Assembly (NCBI GenBank): GCA_002354635.1
Contig: DELZ01000005.1
Coordinates: forward strand, 40,626 to 104,625
Reading direction: 5' to 3'
Length of the DNA: 64,000 nt
Origin: Sphingomonadales bacterium UBA2683
GTDB taxonomy: Bacteria; Pseudomonadota; Alphaproteobacteria; Sphingomonadales; Sphingomonadaceae
Shown: piece after piece, positions 48,697 to 60,037 of the stretch
Numbering within the stretch: the stretch's first letter is position 1
Layout: every line of letters begins with the position of its first letter
Program-made: the position numbers and the translations under genes
Notes under the pieces: generated by a model
The model's database searches: none
Seen by the model: only the letters and a program-made list of their open reading frames with translations
Told to the model about the DNA's origin: nothing

Positions 48697-50463
48697 ATGA
48701 ATGCAGTATTGAATGTCGAAAATTCCCTGTCCGGCCAGAGCTGGCGCTGGCGCAGTACCAGCGCCGATGCACGCGATCCGGGGTTCCAGCCCGATGACCT
48801 GGTCACCCAGCTGCTGCTCGCCCGCGGTGCCAGTCGCGAGACACTGGCGGTTAACCGCGACCCGACGATTCGGGGTTTCATGCCCGATCCGTCCGTCTTC
48901 CGCGACATGGAAACGGCAGCGGAACGCCTGAGCCAGGCGATCCGCAACCAGGAAAAGGTTACGATATTCGGCGACTATGATGTCGACGGCGCAACCAGTG
49001 CCGCCTTGCTGATCCGCTTGCTCCGCGATCTCGGACTGGAGGCTGGCTATTATATTCCGGACCGGCTGATGGAGGGCTATGGCCCCTCGGGAGAGGCGCT
49101 GGTCAGGCTCGGCGAGCAAGGCAGCAATCTGGTGGTTACCGTCGATTGCGGCGCGATGGCCTTTGAAGCGCTCGACATGGCGCATCGCGCCGGGGTCGAG
49201 GTGATCGTGGTCGACCATCATAAATGTGCCGCCGAGCTCCCGAAGGCGGTCGCTCTGGTCAACCCCAATCGGCTCGACGAGAGCGAAGCCGGCGCCGAAC
49301 ATGGCCATCTCGCTGCCGTCGGCATGGCCTTTCTGCTCGGCGCGGCGCTGGTCCGGACGCTGCGCAACCAGGGATATTTCCAGAATCGCCCAGAGCCCAA
49401 GCTGCTCGAGCTACTCGATATCGTCGCGCTCGGCACGGTCGCCGATGTCGCCCAGCTGCGCGGCCTCAACCGGGCCTTTGTCGCACAGGGGCTCAAGGTG
49501 CTTGCCGGTCGCCAGAATATAGGCCTGGCGGCGCTGATCGATGCCAGCCGGCTGAAACGGGCGCCGATCTGTTCCGATCTCGGCTTTGCCCTTGGCCCGC
49601 GAATCAATGCCGGTGGCCGGGTCGGGAAGTCCGATCTCGGTGTGCGCCTGCTGATCTCGCAGAACCCCGAAAAGGCAGCCGCTATTGCCGCCGAGCTCGA
49701 CCATCTCAACCAGGAACGCCGCGCGATCGAGGCGCATGTGCTGGAGGAAGCCGACGCGATGTGCTCGTCGCAGCAGAACCAGGCCGTGGCAGTGCTGTCC
49801 GCAAAGGGCTGGCATCCCGGCGTCATCGGCATTGTCGCGGGCAGGATCAAGGAGAAGCTGAACCGCCCGGCGATCATCATCGCGCTGGATGAAGAGGGCA
49901 TCGGCAAGGGCTCGGGCCGCTCGATTTCCGGTATCGATCTCGGCGCTGCGATCATCGCCGCCAAGGACAGCGGCCTGCTGATCGCCGGCGGCGGCCATGC
50001 GATGGCCGCGGGCATCACCATCGCGGCGGGCAAGGTCGACGCCTTTTCCGAATTTCTCAACGACCGGCTCGCCGACAGCGTCGGCAAGGCGCAGGATGGC
50101 AAGGCGTTGCTGCTCGATGCGGTGCTGTCGCCGAAGGGCGTCAATCCGCTGATGGTCGAGGCGATGGATGGCGCCGGTCCCTATGGCATGGGCTGGCCGG
50201 CGCCGCGCATCGCCACGGGACCGGTGCGAATCATCAAATGCGATATTGTCGGCACCGATCATGTCCGGATGATCGTTGGCGGCGACGATGGAGCCTCGAT
50301 CAAGACCATCGCTTTCCGCGCCGCCGAAAGCGACCTCGGCCAGGCGCTGCTGAGCGCGCCGCGCGGGCGCAAATTGTGGATCGCCGGCCGTGCCAAGATC
50401 GACGATTGGGGCAGTCGCCCGGCCGCCGAAATTCATCTCGAGGATGCCGCCTGGGCCGATTGA
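48697..50463 (+). CDS. recJ: Single-stranded-DNA exonuclease RecJ
   Basis: GDYDVDGATS, VDCG, VDHH, GPRINAGGR, HPGVIG, GGGH. Confidence 0.97.
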   Translation: MNAVLNVENSLSGQSWRWRSTSADARDPGFQPDDLVTQLLLARGASRETLAVNRDPTIRGFMPDPSVFRDMETAAERLSQAIRNQEKVTIFGDYDVDGATSAALLIRLLRDLGLEAGYYIPDRLMEGYGPSGEALVRLGEQGSNLVVTVDCGAMAFEALDMAHRAGVEVIVVDHHKCAAELPKAVALVNPNRLDESEAGAEHGHLAAVGMAFLLGAALVRTLRNQGYFQNRPEPKLLELLDIVALGTVADVAQLRGLNRAFVAQGLKVLAGRQNIGLAALIDASRLKRAPICSDLGFALGPRINAGGRVGKSDLGVRLLISQNPEKAAAIAAELDHLNQERRAIEAHVLEEADAMCSSQQNQAVAVLSAKGWHPGVIGIVAGRIKEKLNRPAIIIALDEEGIGKGSGRSISGIDLGAAIIAAKDSGLLIAGGGHAMAAGITIAAGKVDAFSEFLNDRLADSVGKAQDGKALLLDAVLSPKGVNPLMVEAMDGAGPYGMGWPAPRIATGPVRIIKCDIVGTDHVRMIVGGDDGASIKTIAFRAAESDLGQALLSAPRGRKLWIAGRAKIDDWGSRPAAEIHLEDAAWAD

Positions 50464-50665
50464 GCAGCACCAAGACCGTGTGCCCAACCGCGTTGTCATC
50501 GTGGTCGCACCGGTTCGATCAGCCGCCGCCATGATCCGGAATACAGCTGGCCGACAGCAGTCTCGCTCGGCGCCGGTAATCAACCCCTAAATTCCGGCGA
50601 AAAGAGGGTTGACCAAAGCCAGCCACCCCCCTAATGGCCGTGGCTCGCTGACCGGCAATCGGTAT

Positions 50666-50740
50666 GGCCCCTTCGTCTAAGGGTTAGGACGCGGCCCTTT
50701 CACGGCTGAAATACGGGTTCGAATCCCGTAGGGGTCACCA
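50666..50740 (+). tRNA. tRNA-Glu (TTC)
   Basis: GGCCCCT/AGGGGTC acceptor stem, CGGCC-CTTTCAC-GGCTG anticodon arm, GGTTCGAATCC, encoded CCA. Confidence 0.97.
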
Positions 50741-51060
50741 TTCACATGCCGAACAATATCCACAAAATTCCACAGTTCCCCGCTTTCTGCGGACTTCTGC
50801 GCCCGGCCCGTCTTTGGTCAAGGATCGCCGGTAAACTTGCGCATCAGCAAAAGGTGCGTGCAACCAATCTCTCCCGTATCTTTCGGTTCGGTCAGGACAT
50901 TTGCTGCCTTGAATCGATCGAAGACCTCTCTGTCGAGCGGTTCATCACGTCGATGATTTTTCCGGTGTCTGAACAGAAGCATTTCCTTCCCGATAGTTTC
51001 GGATACAATCCGGTAATCCGTCGCCAACTGCCGCACGGCAAATAAGGGAAGTTTCAGAAT

Positions 51061-52212
51061 ATGGACAAAGACAGTTTCGAAATCCTGATAGATACGGTCC
51101 AGCGCTTTGTACGCGAACGTCTGGTACCGTCCGAGCAGCAAGTGGCAGAGGAGAATAGGATCCCCGACGGACTGGCCAACGAAATTCGGGAACTTGGCCT
51201 CTTTGGTCTGGCCATTGCCGAAGAATATGGTGGCCTCGGGCTCAGTATGGAGGAGGAAGTCCGTGTCGCACTCGAACTGGGACAGACTTCCCCTGCCTTC
51301 CGTTCATTGGTCGGAACCAATATCGGCATCGGATCCCAATCCATCATTATGGCCGGGACAGCAGAGCAAAAGCGCAAATATCTGCCTCGACTGGCATCCG
51401 GTGAAACGATCGGATCCTTTGCATTGACCGAACCGGACGCGGGATCCGATGCCTTGTCCATCAGCACGACGGCCATGCGCGATGGCGACGACTATATTAT
51501 CAACGGCACCAAACGCTACATCACCAACGCCCCCGTAGCCGGATTATTTACCGTTATGGCCCGCACCGGCGAAGGTCGGCGCGCCGATGCCATTTCCTGT
51601 TTCTTGGTCGACAGGGAGCAGGCCGGACTGAGCCTCGGCAAGCCCGACAAGAAAATGGGACAGTCGGGCGCTTTGACCTGCGACGTCATTCTGGACGATT
51701 GCCGGGTACCGGCTTCCGCTCTGCTTGGTGGCGAGGAAGGCAATGGATTCCGTACGGCGATGAAAGTGCTCGACAAAGGCAGGCTGCATATCGCCGCCAT
51801 TTGTGTGGGTATGGCAGAACGCCTTATCCGGGAGTCCGTCAATTTTGCTGTAAACCGGGAACAATTTGGCCAGAAAATCTCCGAATTTCAGCTCGTCCAG
51901 GCCATGATCGCCGACAGCAAGGCCGATACTCTGGCGGCAAAGGCCCTGGTAATGGAAACCGCACGCCTGCGTGATGCCGGGAAACGGATCACATTGGAGG
52001 CGGCGTCAGCCAAGATGTTTGCATCCGAAATGCTGGGACGTGTCGCGGACCGCGCCGTGCAAATTCACGGCGGCGCGGGATATATGTGCGAATATCCTGT
52101 CGAACGCTTTTACCGCGATGCGCGCCTGTTCCGGATCTATGAAGGGACGACTCAGATTCAGCAATTAATCATTGCTCGCGAAACCATCGCCGAATTCGTC
52201 GCTCAATCCTGA
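51061..52212 (+). CDS. Acyl-CoA dehydrogenase
   Basis: FALTEPDAGSD, NGTKRYITN, QIHGGAGY, RIYEGTTQIQ. Confidence 0.95.
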   Translation: MDKDSFEILIDTVQRFVRERLVPSEQQVAEENRIPDGLANEIRELGLFGLAIAEEYGGLGLSMEEEVRVALELGQTSPAFRSLVGTNIGIGSQSIIMAGTAEQKRKYLPRLASGETIGSFALTEPDAGSDALSISTTAMRDGDDYIINGTKRYITNAPVAGLFTVMARTGEGRRADAISCFLVDREQAGLSLGKPDKKMGQSGALTCDVILDDCRVPASALLGGEEGNGFRTAMKVLDKGRLHIAAICVGMAERLIRESVNFAVNREQFGQKISEFQLVQAMIADSKADTLAAKALVMETARLRDAGKRITLEAASAKMFASEMLGRVADRAVQIHGGAGYMCEYPVERFYRDARLFRIYEGTTQIQQLIIARETIAEFVAQS

Positions 52213-52625
52213 GCAGGGATATCCTGTGCAGGAGGCTTTCCAGACCGGACAGATGGAAGTCCCGGACGGGATAACCGGCCACATCGAGAATTATCCGGCC
52301 ATTGTCGGCGGCCGCAATCGGCAGGTCAGCACCAAACCGCGCTGTCCGGCCAGCCTTGGTGTGCGCGACCGACAAAGCCGGCCGCCATGACATGGACCAC
52401 AATCGGGCCGGGAGCGGACAGTCGGCATTGCGAGCGCGACCTGTGTTTCGGCCTGATAGCGCACGCCGGCCTCGCTGAATCAATCGATCGCCATCGGATA
52501 TTGGCGAATGGGGTTAAACAATGCTGGCAATGGCGATGTTGGAACACCGGCCCCGGTATCGTCTGCAATTGACAGGACACATCTCATCTGTTCTGCATCT
52601 GGAAAGAATTCTGCAGGAGAGAAAT

Positions 52626-54662
52626 ATGTCCGTCGTTACCACTGAAAAGCAACAAAATGTCCTGACCATCATCTCGAACAATCCGCCGGTGAATGCGCTT
52701 GGTGCCGCCGTTCGCCAAGGACTGGTCGACGGGATCGAGCAGGCCCTATCGGATGACGAAGTCGAAGCGGTGGTCATCCGGTGCGATGGGCGGACATTTT
52801 TCGCCGGGGCGGATATCACCGAATTCGGCAAGCCGATGAAGGGACCCAATCTTGGGGAGGCCCTTGACCGGCTAGAGGCGAGCAGCAAACCGGTAGTCGC
52901 GGCAATCCACGGAACGGCTCTGGGCGGCGGTTGCGAGGTGGCGCTGGCCTGTCATTACAGGGTTGCCGTGCCATCCGCCAAAATGGGCTTGCCCGAAGTC
53001 AAGCTGGGCCTGATCCCGGGTGCCGCCGGAACCCAGCGCCTGCCGCGCGTGGTCGGCGCGGAAGCCGCGCTGCCGATGGTGGTGATCGGCAACCCGATTT
53101 CTGCTGCCAAAGCGAATGCCATCGGTCTGGTTGACAAGATCGTCGGCGAGGACAGCCTCGCCGAGGATGCCATTGCCTTTGCACGCGAGCAGATCGGCAA
53201 GGCAGTGCCGCGCTCGTCCGAGGGCACGGCCAATGAAGACGGCATCAAGAACCCGGCGATATTTGATGAATTCCGGCAGAAAAATGGTCGCAAGCTTCGC
53301 GGGTTCGATGCGCCGGAAGCCGGCATCCAGGCGGTAAAGGCAGCGGGCGAACTCGCTTATGCCGAGGGCGTCAAAAAAGAACGCGAACTGTTCATGAAGC
53401 TGATGACCGGAACGCAATCGGCGGCCATGCGCCACTATTTCTTTGCCGAGCGGGCTGCCAACAAGATTGACGGCATTGATCCCAAAATTGATCTGATTCC
53501 CATCCGGAAGGTCGGCATCCTAGGAGCCGGAACGATGGGCGGCGGCATCGGCATGAATTTCCTGTCGGCCGGCATCCCCGTGACGATTGTCGAGCTGAAG
53601 AAGGAAGCGCTGGACCGGGGCGTCGGCGTGATCCGCAAAAATTACGAGAATACAGCCAAGCGCGGCCGGATGACCGAGCAGCAGGTCGAGGATGCAATGG
53701 GCATTTTGACTCCCTCGCTCTCCTATGACGATCTCGCCGATTGCGATCTGGTGATCGAGGCGGTGTTCGAGAATATGGATGTCAAAAAGGAAGTCTTCAC
53801 CAAGCTGGATTCGATTGTCAAACAGGGCGCGATCCTTGCCAGCAATACCAGTTACCTCAATATCGACGAGGTCGCGGCGGTGACGAAGCGGCCCGAATAT
53901 GTCCTCGGCCTGCACTTTTTCTCTCCGGCAAATGTGATGAAATTGCTGGAAATCGTGCGCGGGGAGAAGACCGCCGACGACGTGCTGATGACGGCGATGA
54001 AGCTGTCCAAGAAAATCGGCAAGGTCGCGGCGGTTTCGGGTGTCTGTCCCGGCTTTATCGGCAACCGGATGCTCAGCCCGCGCCAGCAACAGGCCAACCA
54101 GATGATCATGGAGGGTGCCAATTATTGGGAAGTGGATGATGTCCTGGTCGATTTCGGCTTCCCGATGGGGCCGTTCCAGATGTCCGATCTCGCCGGTGTC
54201 GATATCGGCTGGCATCGCGATCCGGAGCGGATCGAAACGCTGCGCGATGCCCTGTGCGCCGTCGGGCGCTGGGGCCAGAAGGTCGGCAAAGGATTTTACG
54301 ATTACGACGAGGCGCGCAACCGCACGCCGTCCGACGAGGTCAAGCAGATCATCGCCGAGTTTGCCGCCAGGGAAGGCAAGGAACAGCGCGCAATCTCGAA
54401 GGATGAAATCCGCGAGCGGCTGCTCTATCCGATGGTCAACGAAGGCGCGAAAATCCTGGATGAAGGTATGGCCCAGCGGGCGAGCGACATCGATGTTGTC
54501 TGGATCAACGGCTACGGCTGGCCCCTATACACAGGCGGGCCGATGTTCTGGGCCGATACGGTCGGACTGGACAAAGTCGTTGCCGGACTGGAGAAGCACA
54601 ACCTCCCGGTAGCAGCGATGCTGCGGGACAAGGCAAGCAAGGGCGAACGATTCAACGGATAG
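52626..54662 (+). CDS. Bifunctional enoyl-CoA hydratase / 3-hydroxyacyl-CoA dehydrogenase
   Basis: [52 protein letters not shown]. Confidence 0.95.
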   Translation: MSVVTTEKQQNVLTIISNNPPVNALGAAVRQGLVDGIEQALSDDEVEAVVIRCDGRTFFAGADITEFGKPMKGPNLGEALDRLEASSKPVVAAIHGTALGGGCEVALACHYRVAVPSAKMGLPEVKLGLIPGAAGTQRLPRVVGAEAALPMVVIGNPISAAKANAIGLVDKIVGEDSLAEDAIAFAREQIGKAVPRSSEGTANEDGIKNPAIFDEFRQKNGRKLRGFDAPEAGIQAVKAAGELAYAEGVKKERELFMKLMTGTQSAAMRHYFFAERAANKIDGIDPKIDLIPIRKVGILGAGTMGGGIGMNFLSAGIPVTIVELKKEALDRGVGVIRKNYENTAKRGRMTEQQVEDAMGILTPSLSYDDLADCDLVIEAVFENMDVKKEVFTKLDSIVKQGAILASNTSYLNIDEVAAVTKRPEYVLGLHFFSPANVMKLLEIVRGEKTADDVLMTAMKLSKKIGKVAAVSGVCPGFIGNRMLSPRQQQANQMIMEGANYWEVDDVLVDFGFPMGPFQMSDLAGVDIGWHRDPERIETLRDALCAVGRWGQKVGKGFYDYDEARNRTPSDEVKQIIAEFAAREGKEQRAISKDEIRERLLYPMVNEGAKILDEGMAQRASDIDVVWINGYGWPLYTGGPMFWADTVGLDKVVAGLEKHNLPVAAMLRDKASKGERFNG

Positions 54663-54692
54663 CCCGGCTTCGATACACTAGGAGAGAATCAT

Positions 54693-56435
54693 TTGTCAGT
54701 TGATATTGCAGATATGCTGGAAAAATGGGTGCCGACCGATGGATGGCCCCTGCGATCGCGCGATGAGGTCAAAGCATTGCTATGCGCGCCGGGACAGCCG
54801 TTCGAAATGGAGACAGTCGATATCGACGGCGTTCCGACCCGCGTCTGGAAAAATGCCCATCCCAGTCTCGCCGCCATGGCAGAACATGCGCGCGGCCACG
54901 GTGACAGCGAGTTTCTGATATTTGAAGACGAACGCGTCACCTATGCCAACTGGTATCGCGCGGTCGCCGCCCTTGCCGTGGAACTGCAGAGAATCGGCGT
55001 ATCCAAGGGGGACCGGGTTGCGCTGGCGATGCGCAATCTGCCGGAATGGCCGGTGATTTTCTTTGCCGCGACGTCGATCGGGGCGATCGCCGTGCCGCTC
55101 AACGCATGGTGGACCGACCAGGAACTGGTTTTCGGACTGGAGAATTCCGAGTCCAGCGTGCTGCTCTGCGATGCCGAAAGATGGGACCGGGTTTCTCCGC
55201 ATCTTGCCGATTTGACAGATTTGGAACATGTCATCGTGGCACGCAGCCAGAGCAAGTTGGCAGCGCCGGCCCGTCCCCTTGAAGATATTATTGGCGGTCC
55301 CAACGATTATGCCAATCTGCCGGACCAGGATCTCCCGGCCACAGATATTGCGCCGGATGATCCATCGACCATTTTCTATACCAGCGGCACGACCGGGCAA
55401 CCCAAGGGTGCGCTCGGTACGCATCGCAATTTGACAACCAATGCAGTTACAGTCGGCTATTCCGCAGCCGCTCAGGCAATGCGGCGGGGGGACACTCTTC
55501 CCGAACCGACGATCCGGGTCGGGTTGACGGTCGTGCCAATGTTCCACTGCACAGCCTGTTCCGCGACCATGATGCCGACCGTCCACGCGGGCCACAAGAT
55601 GATCTTCCTGCACAAATGGGACACGGTCCGGGCGATGGAAATTATCGAACGGGAGAAGGTCAATGCGACCGGCGGCGTGCCGTTTATCGCGTGGCAGCTG
55701 ATCGAACATCCGGACCGCGAGAAATATGACCTGAGCTCTCTCGATGCGATCAGCTATGGCGGCGCGCCCTCGGCGCCGGAACTGGCGCGCAAGATTTACG
55801 AAGTCTTCGGCGCCCTGCCCGGCAACGGCTGGGGCATGACCGAAACCATGGCAACAGTTACCTCGCACAGCGCCGAGGATTATCTCAACCGCCCGACCAG
55901 TTGCGGTCCGCCCGTGGCAGCTGCTGACCTCAAGGTCATGAACGCGGATGGAAGCCGGGAAATGCCGGTTGGCGAAGTCGGAGAGCTCTGGGCGCGGGGC
56001 CCGATGGTGGTAAAAGGCTATTGGAAACGGCCGGAGGCGACCGCCGAAACCTTCGTCGACGGCTGGGTCCGTACCGGCGATCTGGCGCGACTGGACGAGG
56101 AAGGATTCTGTTTTATTGTCGACCGGGCAAAGGACATGATCATCCGCGGCGGCGAGAATATCTACTCGTCAGAGGTCGAGAATGTCCTCTACGATCATCC
56201 GGCGGTGATGGATGCGGCCCTGGTCGGGATCGATCACAAGACACTGGGCGAGGAACCGGCAGCCATCGTGCAACTGGCGCCAGGACAATCTGCCACCGAG
56301 GCGGAATTGCAGCAGTGGGTGCGCGAACGGCTGGCGAATTTCAAGGTGCCGGTGAAAGTCCTGTTCAGCAGCGACAGCCTGCCCCGCAACGCCAACGGCA
56401 AGATATTGAAGAAGGATCTGAAGGTACTGTTCTAG
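54693..56435 (+). CDS. Class I adenylate-forming enzyme (acyl-CoA ligase)
   Basis: FYTSGTTGQPKG, GWGMTET, RTGDL, RGGENI, NANGKILK. Confidence 0.93.
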   Translation: MSVDIADMLEKWVPTDGWPLRSRDEVKALLCAPGQPFEMETVDIDGVPTRVWKNAHPSLAAMAEHARGHGDSEFLIFEDERVTYANWYRAVAALAVELQRIGVSKGDRVALAMRNLPEWPVIFFAATSIGAIAVPLNAWWTDQELVFGLENSESSVLLCDAERWDRVSPHLADLTDLEHVIVARSQSKLAAPARPLEDIIGGPNDYANLPDQDLPATDIAPDDPSTIFYTSGTTGQPKGALGTHRNLTTNAVTVGYSAAAQAMRRGDTLPEPTIRVGLTVVPMFHCTACSATMMPTVHAGHKMIFLHKWDTVRAMEIIEREKVNATGGVPFIAWQLIEHPDREKYDLSSLDAISYGGAPSAPELARKIYEVFGALPGNGWGMTETMATVTSHSAEDYLNRPTSCGPPVAAADLKVMNADGSREMPVGEVGELWARGPMVVKGYWKRPEATAETFVDGWVRTGDLARLDEEGFCFIVDRAKDMIIRGGENIYSSEVENVLYDHPAVMDAALVGIDHKTLGEEPAAIVQLAPGQSATEAELQQWVRERLANFKVPVKVLFSSDSLPRNANGKILKKDLKVLF

Positions 56436-56438
56436 GGC

Positions 56439-57368
56439 TCAGCCGTCGGTCGGGATCAGGCGCATCATGCCTTCCTGTACCGCCGACGCGACCAGAACGC
56501 CGTCCTGCGTGTAGAGCGAGCCACGATTAAGGCCGCGCGCATGGCCGGTCCAGTCGCTGTCCATGACATAGCAGATCCATTGATCGGCCCGGAAATCGTC
56601 GTGGAACCACATCGCGTGGTCGAGGCTGGTCGAGAACAGTCCCGGCGTGGTCCAGTGCAATCCGTGCGGGATCATCGACGTCGACAGCAGTCCCATGTCC
56701 GAGGCGAAGGCCAGGATTGCGCGGTGGATCAGCGGATCATCCGGCAGCGGCGCCACCGTCCGGAACCACTGATATTGACGCGCGGTCCTGCTTTTGCCCT
56801 CGGGGCGAAAACTGCGGACATCAAAGGGACGCGGCATGCTCATTCGTTCTATCAGTTCGTCCGGGACCAGCGGGTTGCGGGCAATCTGCTCCATCGCGCC
56901 CATACATTGCTCGGGCGGCAGCACATCCGGCATCGCTATCTGATGGGAGAGACCTTCGGCAGGCTTCTGAAAGGAGGCGGTCAGGTTGAAGATGACCTTG
57001 TCATCCTGCCGCACCACCACCCTGCGATTGGAGATGCTGCGTCCGTCAAAGTCGCGATGCACCCGGAAGTGCAGCGGCTTTGTTTCATCCCCGGCGCGCA
57101 GGAAATAGGAATGCAGCGAATGGATCTTCTTTTCGTCATCGACCGTGCGGTCGGCGGCGACAATCGCCTGGGCGATCACCTGCCCGCCGAATATGCGCTC
57201 GCGCGCGGTCGTCTCGAGCGCGGGAAATGTGAATGCGTCCGCGGCATCGGCCGTGAGATCGAGGGTGCGGAGCAGGCCTCCGATCAGCTTCTCCACCGGC
57301 ACGGAGGTGCGATGGGCCAGCGCCTCCGACAGCCGGCGGGCGACCTGTTCTTCCGTTAGTCTGTCCAA
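56439..57368 (-). CDS. tesB: Acyl-CoA thioesterase II
   Basis: IFGGQVIAQA, HSLHSYFLR, DFDGRSIS.RRV, SLDHAMWFH, QEG; TTG start at 57368 preferred because the track start overlaps the thiolase. Confidence 0.9.
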   Translation of the reverse strand: MDRLTEEQVARRLSEALAHRTSVPVEKLIGGLLRTLDLTADAADAFTFPALETTARERIFGGQVIAQAIVAADRTVDDEKKIHSLHSYFLRAGDETKPLHFRVHRDFDGRSISNRRVVVRQDDKVIFNLTASFQKPAEGLSHQIAMPDVLPPEQCMGAMEQIARNPLVPDELIERMSMPRPFDVRSFRPEGKSRTARQYQWFRTVAPLPDDPLIHRAILAFASDMGLLSTSMIPHGLHWTTPGLFSTSLDHAMWFHDDFRADQWICYVMDSDWTGHARGLNRGSLYTQDGVLVASAVQEGMMRLIPTDG

Positions 57369-57414
57369 GATTTTCGATTCCTTGATGGGGGGCCGGATGG
57401 CGATTGTGATGCGT

Positions 57415-58587
57415 TCAGGAATAGATCTCGAACAGTCCGGCACCGCCCTGCCCGCCGCCGATGCACATGGTGACCACACCCCATTTGGCACCGCGCCGGC
57501 GGCCTTCCTGCAGCAGATGCCCTGCGCAGCGCGCACCGGTCATGCCGAACGGATGGCCAATGGCAATCGAGCCGCCGTTGACATTATATTTTGCCGGATC
57601 GATGCCGAGCCGGTCGCGGCTGTAGAGACACTGGCTCGCGAACGCCTCGTTGAGCTCCCAGATGTCGATGTCGTCCACGGTCAGGCCCTGCCGTTCGAGC
57701 AGCTTGGGCACGGCAAAGACCGGGCCGATGCCCATTTCATCCGGCTCGCATCCGGCAACCGCCCAGGATACGAAACGGCCGAGCGGTTCCAGTCCGCGGC
57801 GTTCCGCTTCCTTCGCTTCCATCAGCAATACGGCCGCAGCCCCGTCCGACAATTGGCTGGCATTGCCGGCGGTGATATATTTGCCTTCGCCCATTACCGG
57901 CTTCAAACTGGCAAGGCCCTCCAGGGTCGTGCCGGGCCGATTGCACTCGTCTCGGTCGACAGTGTAATCGACGATGCTCTCTTCCTTGGTTTCCTTGTCG
58001 ACGACCTTCATCCGGGTCTGCATCGGGACGATTTCATCGGCAAACAGCCCGGCTTCCTGGGCAGCAGCCATCCGCTGCTGCGACTGCAGGGCATATTCGT
58101 CCTGATATTCGCGGCTGATATTGTAGCGCTCGGCGACAATGTCGGCAGTGTCGATCATCGGCATGAAGATCGCCGGCGCAATCTTGAGGATTTCCTCGTC
58201 GATCGACCCTTCCGGCGCCCGGGGGCCCTGCATCGAGATGCTTTCCACGCCGCCCGCAACAACGCAATCGGCGCCATCGCCGCGAATATGGTTGGCCGCC
58301 ATGGCAATGGCCTGCATGCCGGAGGAGCAGAAACGGTTGATCGTCGCGCCGGCCGTCGTCTTGGGAAGACCGGCCAGAAGCGCAGCATTGCGGCCGATAT
58401 TGGGTGCCGCGTGCGCGACATTGCCCATCAGGCTGTCATCGACAAAGCCGCCTTCCACGCCCGCCTTGGCCACGGCATGCTTGATGGCATGCGCCGCCAT
58501 GGTCATCGGCGGGGTGATATTGAAGCCGCCGCGACCCGCCTTGGCAAGTCCGGTACGGGCATAAGATACGATGACAGCTTCACGCAT
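57415..58587 (-). CDS. Acetyl-CoA C-acyltransferase (thiolase)
   Basis: NRFCSSG, NASQLSDGAA, ELNEAFA, GHPFGMTG, TMCIGGG. Confidence 0.95.
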   Translation of the reverse strand: MREAVIVSYARTGLAKAGRGGFNITPPMTMAAHAIKHAVAKAGVEGGFVDDSLMGNVAHAAPNIGRNAALLAGLPKTTAGATINRFCSSGMQAIAMAANHIRGDGADCVVAGGVESISMQGPRAPEGSIDEEILKIAPAIFMPMIDTADIVAERYNISREYQDEYALQSQQRMAAAQEAGLFADEIVPMQTRMKVVDKETKEESIVDYTVDRDECNRPGTTLEGLASLKPVMGEGKYITAGNASQLSDGAAAVLLMEAKEAERRGLEPLGRFVSWAVAGCEPDEMGIGPVFAVPKLLERQGLTVDDIDIWELNEAFASQCLYSRDRLGIDPAKYNVNGGSIAIGHPFGMTGARCAGHLLQEGRRRGAKWGVVTMCIGGGQGGAGLFEIYS

Positions 58588-58760
58588 GCTGAATTCTCCT
58601 CTTGGGTTATACGAAACCGCTTTTGTTGAATGTAGTAGGCTATTTGGATGCAGAGTTATAAGAGGCCGGATCAAAATGTCCACTTCTCCAGTCGCCGCTT
58701 TCCCAAACTGGCCCGGACAATATATTCGCAAAGCGGACGGCTTTTGCTATGGCCTGCCCG

Positions 58761-59522
58761 ATGTGCATCATTTCGCTTGCATGGCAGGCCCATCCCCACT
58801 GGCTATTGGTCGCGATCGGCAACCGGGACGAAATGCACGCCCGTCCGGCAGAGCCACTGGAGCGCTGGACGGACTATCCGAATCTGCTGGCGGGGCGGGA
58901 TATCAGCGCTGGCGGGACCTGGCTGGGACTGTCCGAGCAGGGCCGCTTTGCCGCGGTGACCAATCTTGCCGGCTATGGACCGCCAGACAGCAGCCGCGCG
59001 TCACGGGGCGACCTGCTCAAGGATTTCCTGGCGGGCGAGGGCCGCTATGCCGATATCCAGGCGCTGGCCTTCCCGGACTTCAACCCGTTTAACCTGGTCA
59101 CCATCGCAAATGGTAAAGCGCAGATACATTGCAATCGTCCGGAACCGGCCAGTCGACCGCTCGGGCCGGGTATTCACGGACTGACCAACGGGCCGCTCGA
59201 CCGGCCCTGGCCGAAAGCGGCACATCTTGATGCAGCGCTGGATGACTGGTTGCAGAGCGGATCCGAGGACAGTGGTCCGTTGCTGGATGCATTGGCCAGC
59301 CGGAAGACCTATCCGCGGGCGGCAGCCGCCGCACCCGGACCGCCGACACCGCTGGAGCCGGCCAGTTCCGGAATCTTCATCGAAAATCCGGTCTACGGCA
59401 CCCGCTGCAGCACGATCGTGACGATTGACCGGGCGGGGAACGGTTCGATTCTGGAACGCCGCTATGATGCGGCATCCGCCGTAACCGGGGAAGCACGTCT
59501 GTCCTTTCGCTGGCCGGGCTAG
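58761..59522 (+). CDS. NRDE/TANGO2 family protein
   Basis: MC start, NRDE, GGTWLG, VTN, SRG.L, FNLV, YGTRCST. Confidence 0.93.
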   Translation: MCIISLAWQAHPHWLLVAIGNRDEMHARPAEPLERWTDYPNLLAGRDISAGGTWLGLSEQGRFAAVTNLAGYGPPDSSRASRGDLLKDFLAGEGRYADIQALAFPDFNPFNLVTIANGKAQIHCNRPEPASRPLGPGIHGLTNGPLDRPWPKAAHLDAALDDWLQSGSEDSGPLLDALASRKTYPRAAAAAPGPPTPLEPASSGIFIENPVYGTRCSTIVTIDRAGNGSILERRYDAASAVTGEARLSFRWPG

Positions 59523-59737
59523 ATGATTCCGGCGACCGGCATAGAGAATCCGTGCGCACCGCTTTGCGGTTTTTCCGCTATGCCGGCCTTATGGCGCCAT
59601 TTCCGTTGAACAATAGCCCGACCAACTTCCAGCGGCTGACCCGCGACAGCACCCGCAACTATCTGTCCTTTTGCGTCGGTCTGGCGTTCCGGGCAAGCGG
59701 GCTGGCTGACAGAAGCGAAGCAAGCCGTCCGCCAGGG

Positions 59738-60037
59738 CGATGCAATGTCGACAGCGAGGATCAGGCGGTTCTGCGTAGCCAGACAGTCTGGCTGATCGCC
59801 AACCTTGGCGTTCGGATCCGCGTTGAAGGCCATTGCGACGAGCGCGGCGCGCGCGAATATAATCTGGCTCTCGGTGAACGCCGGGCAAATGCGGCGAAAA
59901 ACTATCTTTCGACCCTGGGCGTGTCCCTGTCGAGAATTACGGTGGTCAGCTATGGCAAGGAACGTCCGGATGCGCTGGGTGCGGACGAAACGGCATGGGC
60001 GCTCAACCGGCGCGCGGTCACCGTAACAGTGCGCTAA
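59738..60037 (+). pseudogene. pal: N-terminally truncated Pal (OmpA_C) copy
   Basis: VEGHCDERG.REYNLALGERRA, SYGKERP, NRRAV; no lipoprotein signal and no tol genes nearby. Confidence 0.7.

Noticed and set aside
32530-50752. Shared CCATT(T)CACATGCCG just downstream of both tRNA 3' ends
   Set aside because: About 14 bp, at different offsets and with no further similarity; likely chance and not an att duplication.
52169-52483. Minus-strand peptide DNGRIILDVAG resembling the RpiA C-terminal DNGNxILD motif
   Set aside because: Short match, no other RpiA motifs and poor codon pattern; would need TBLASTN support.
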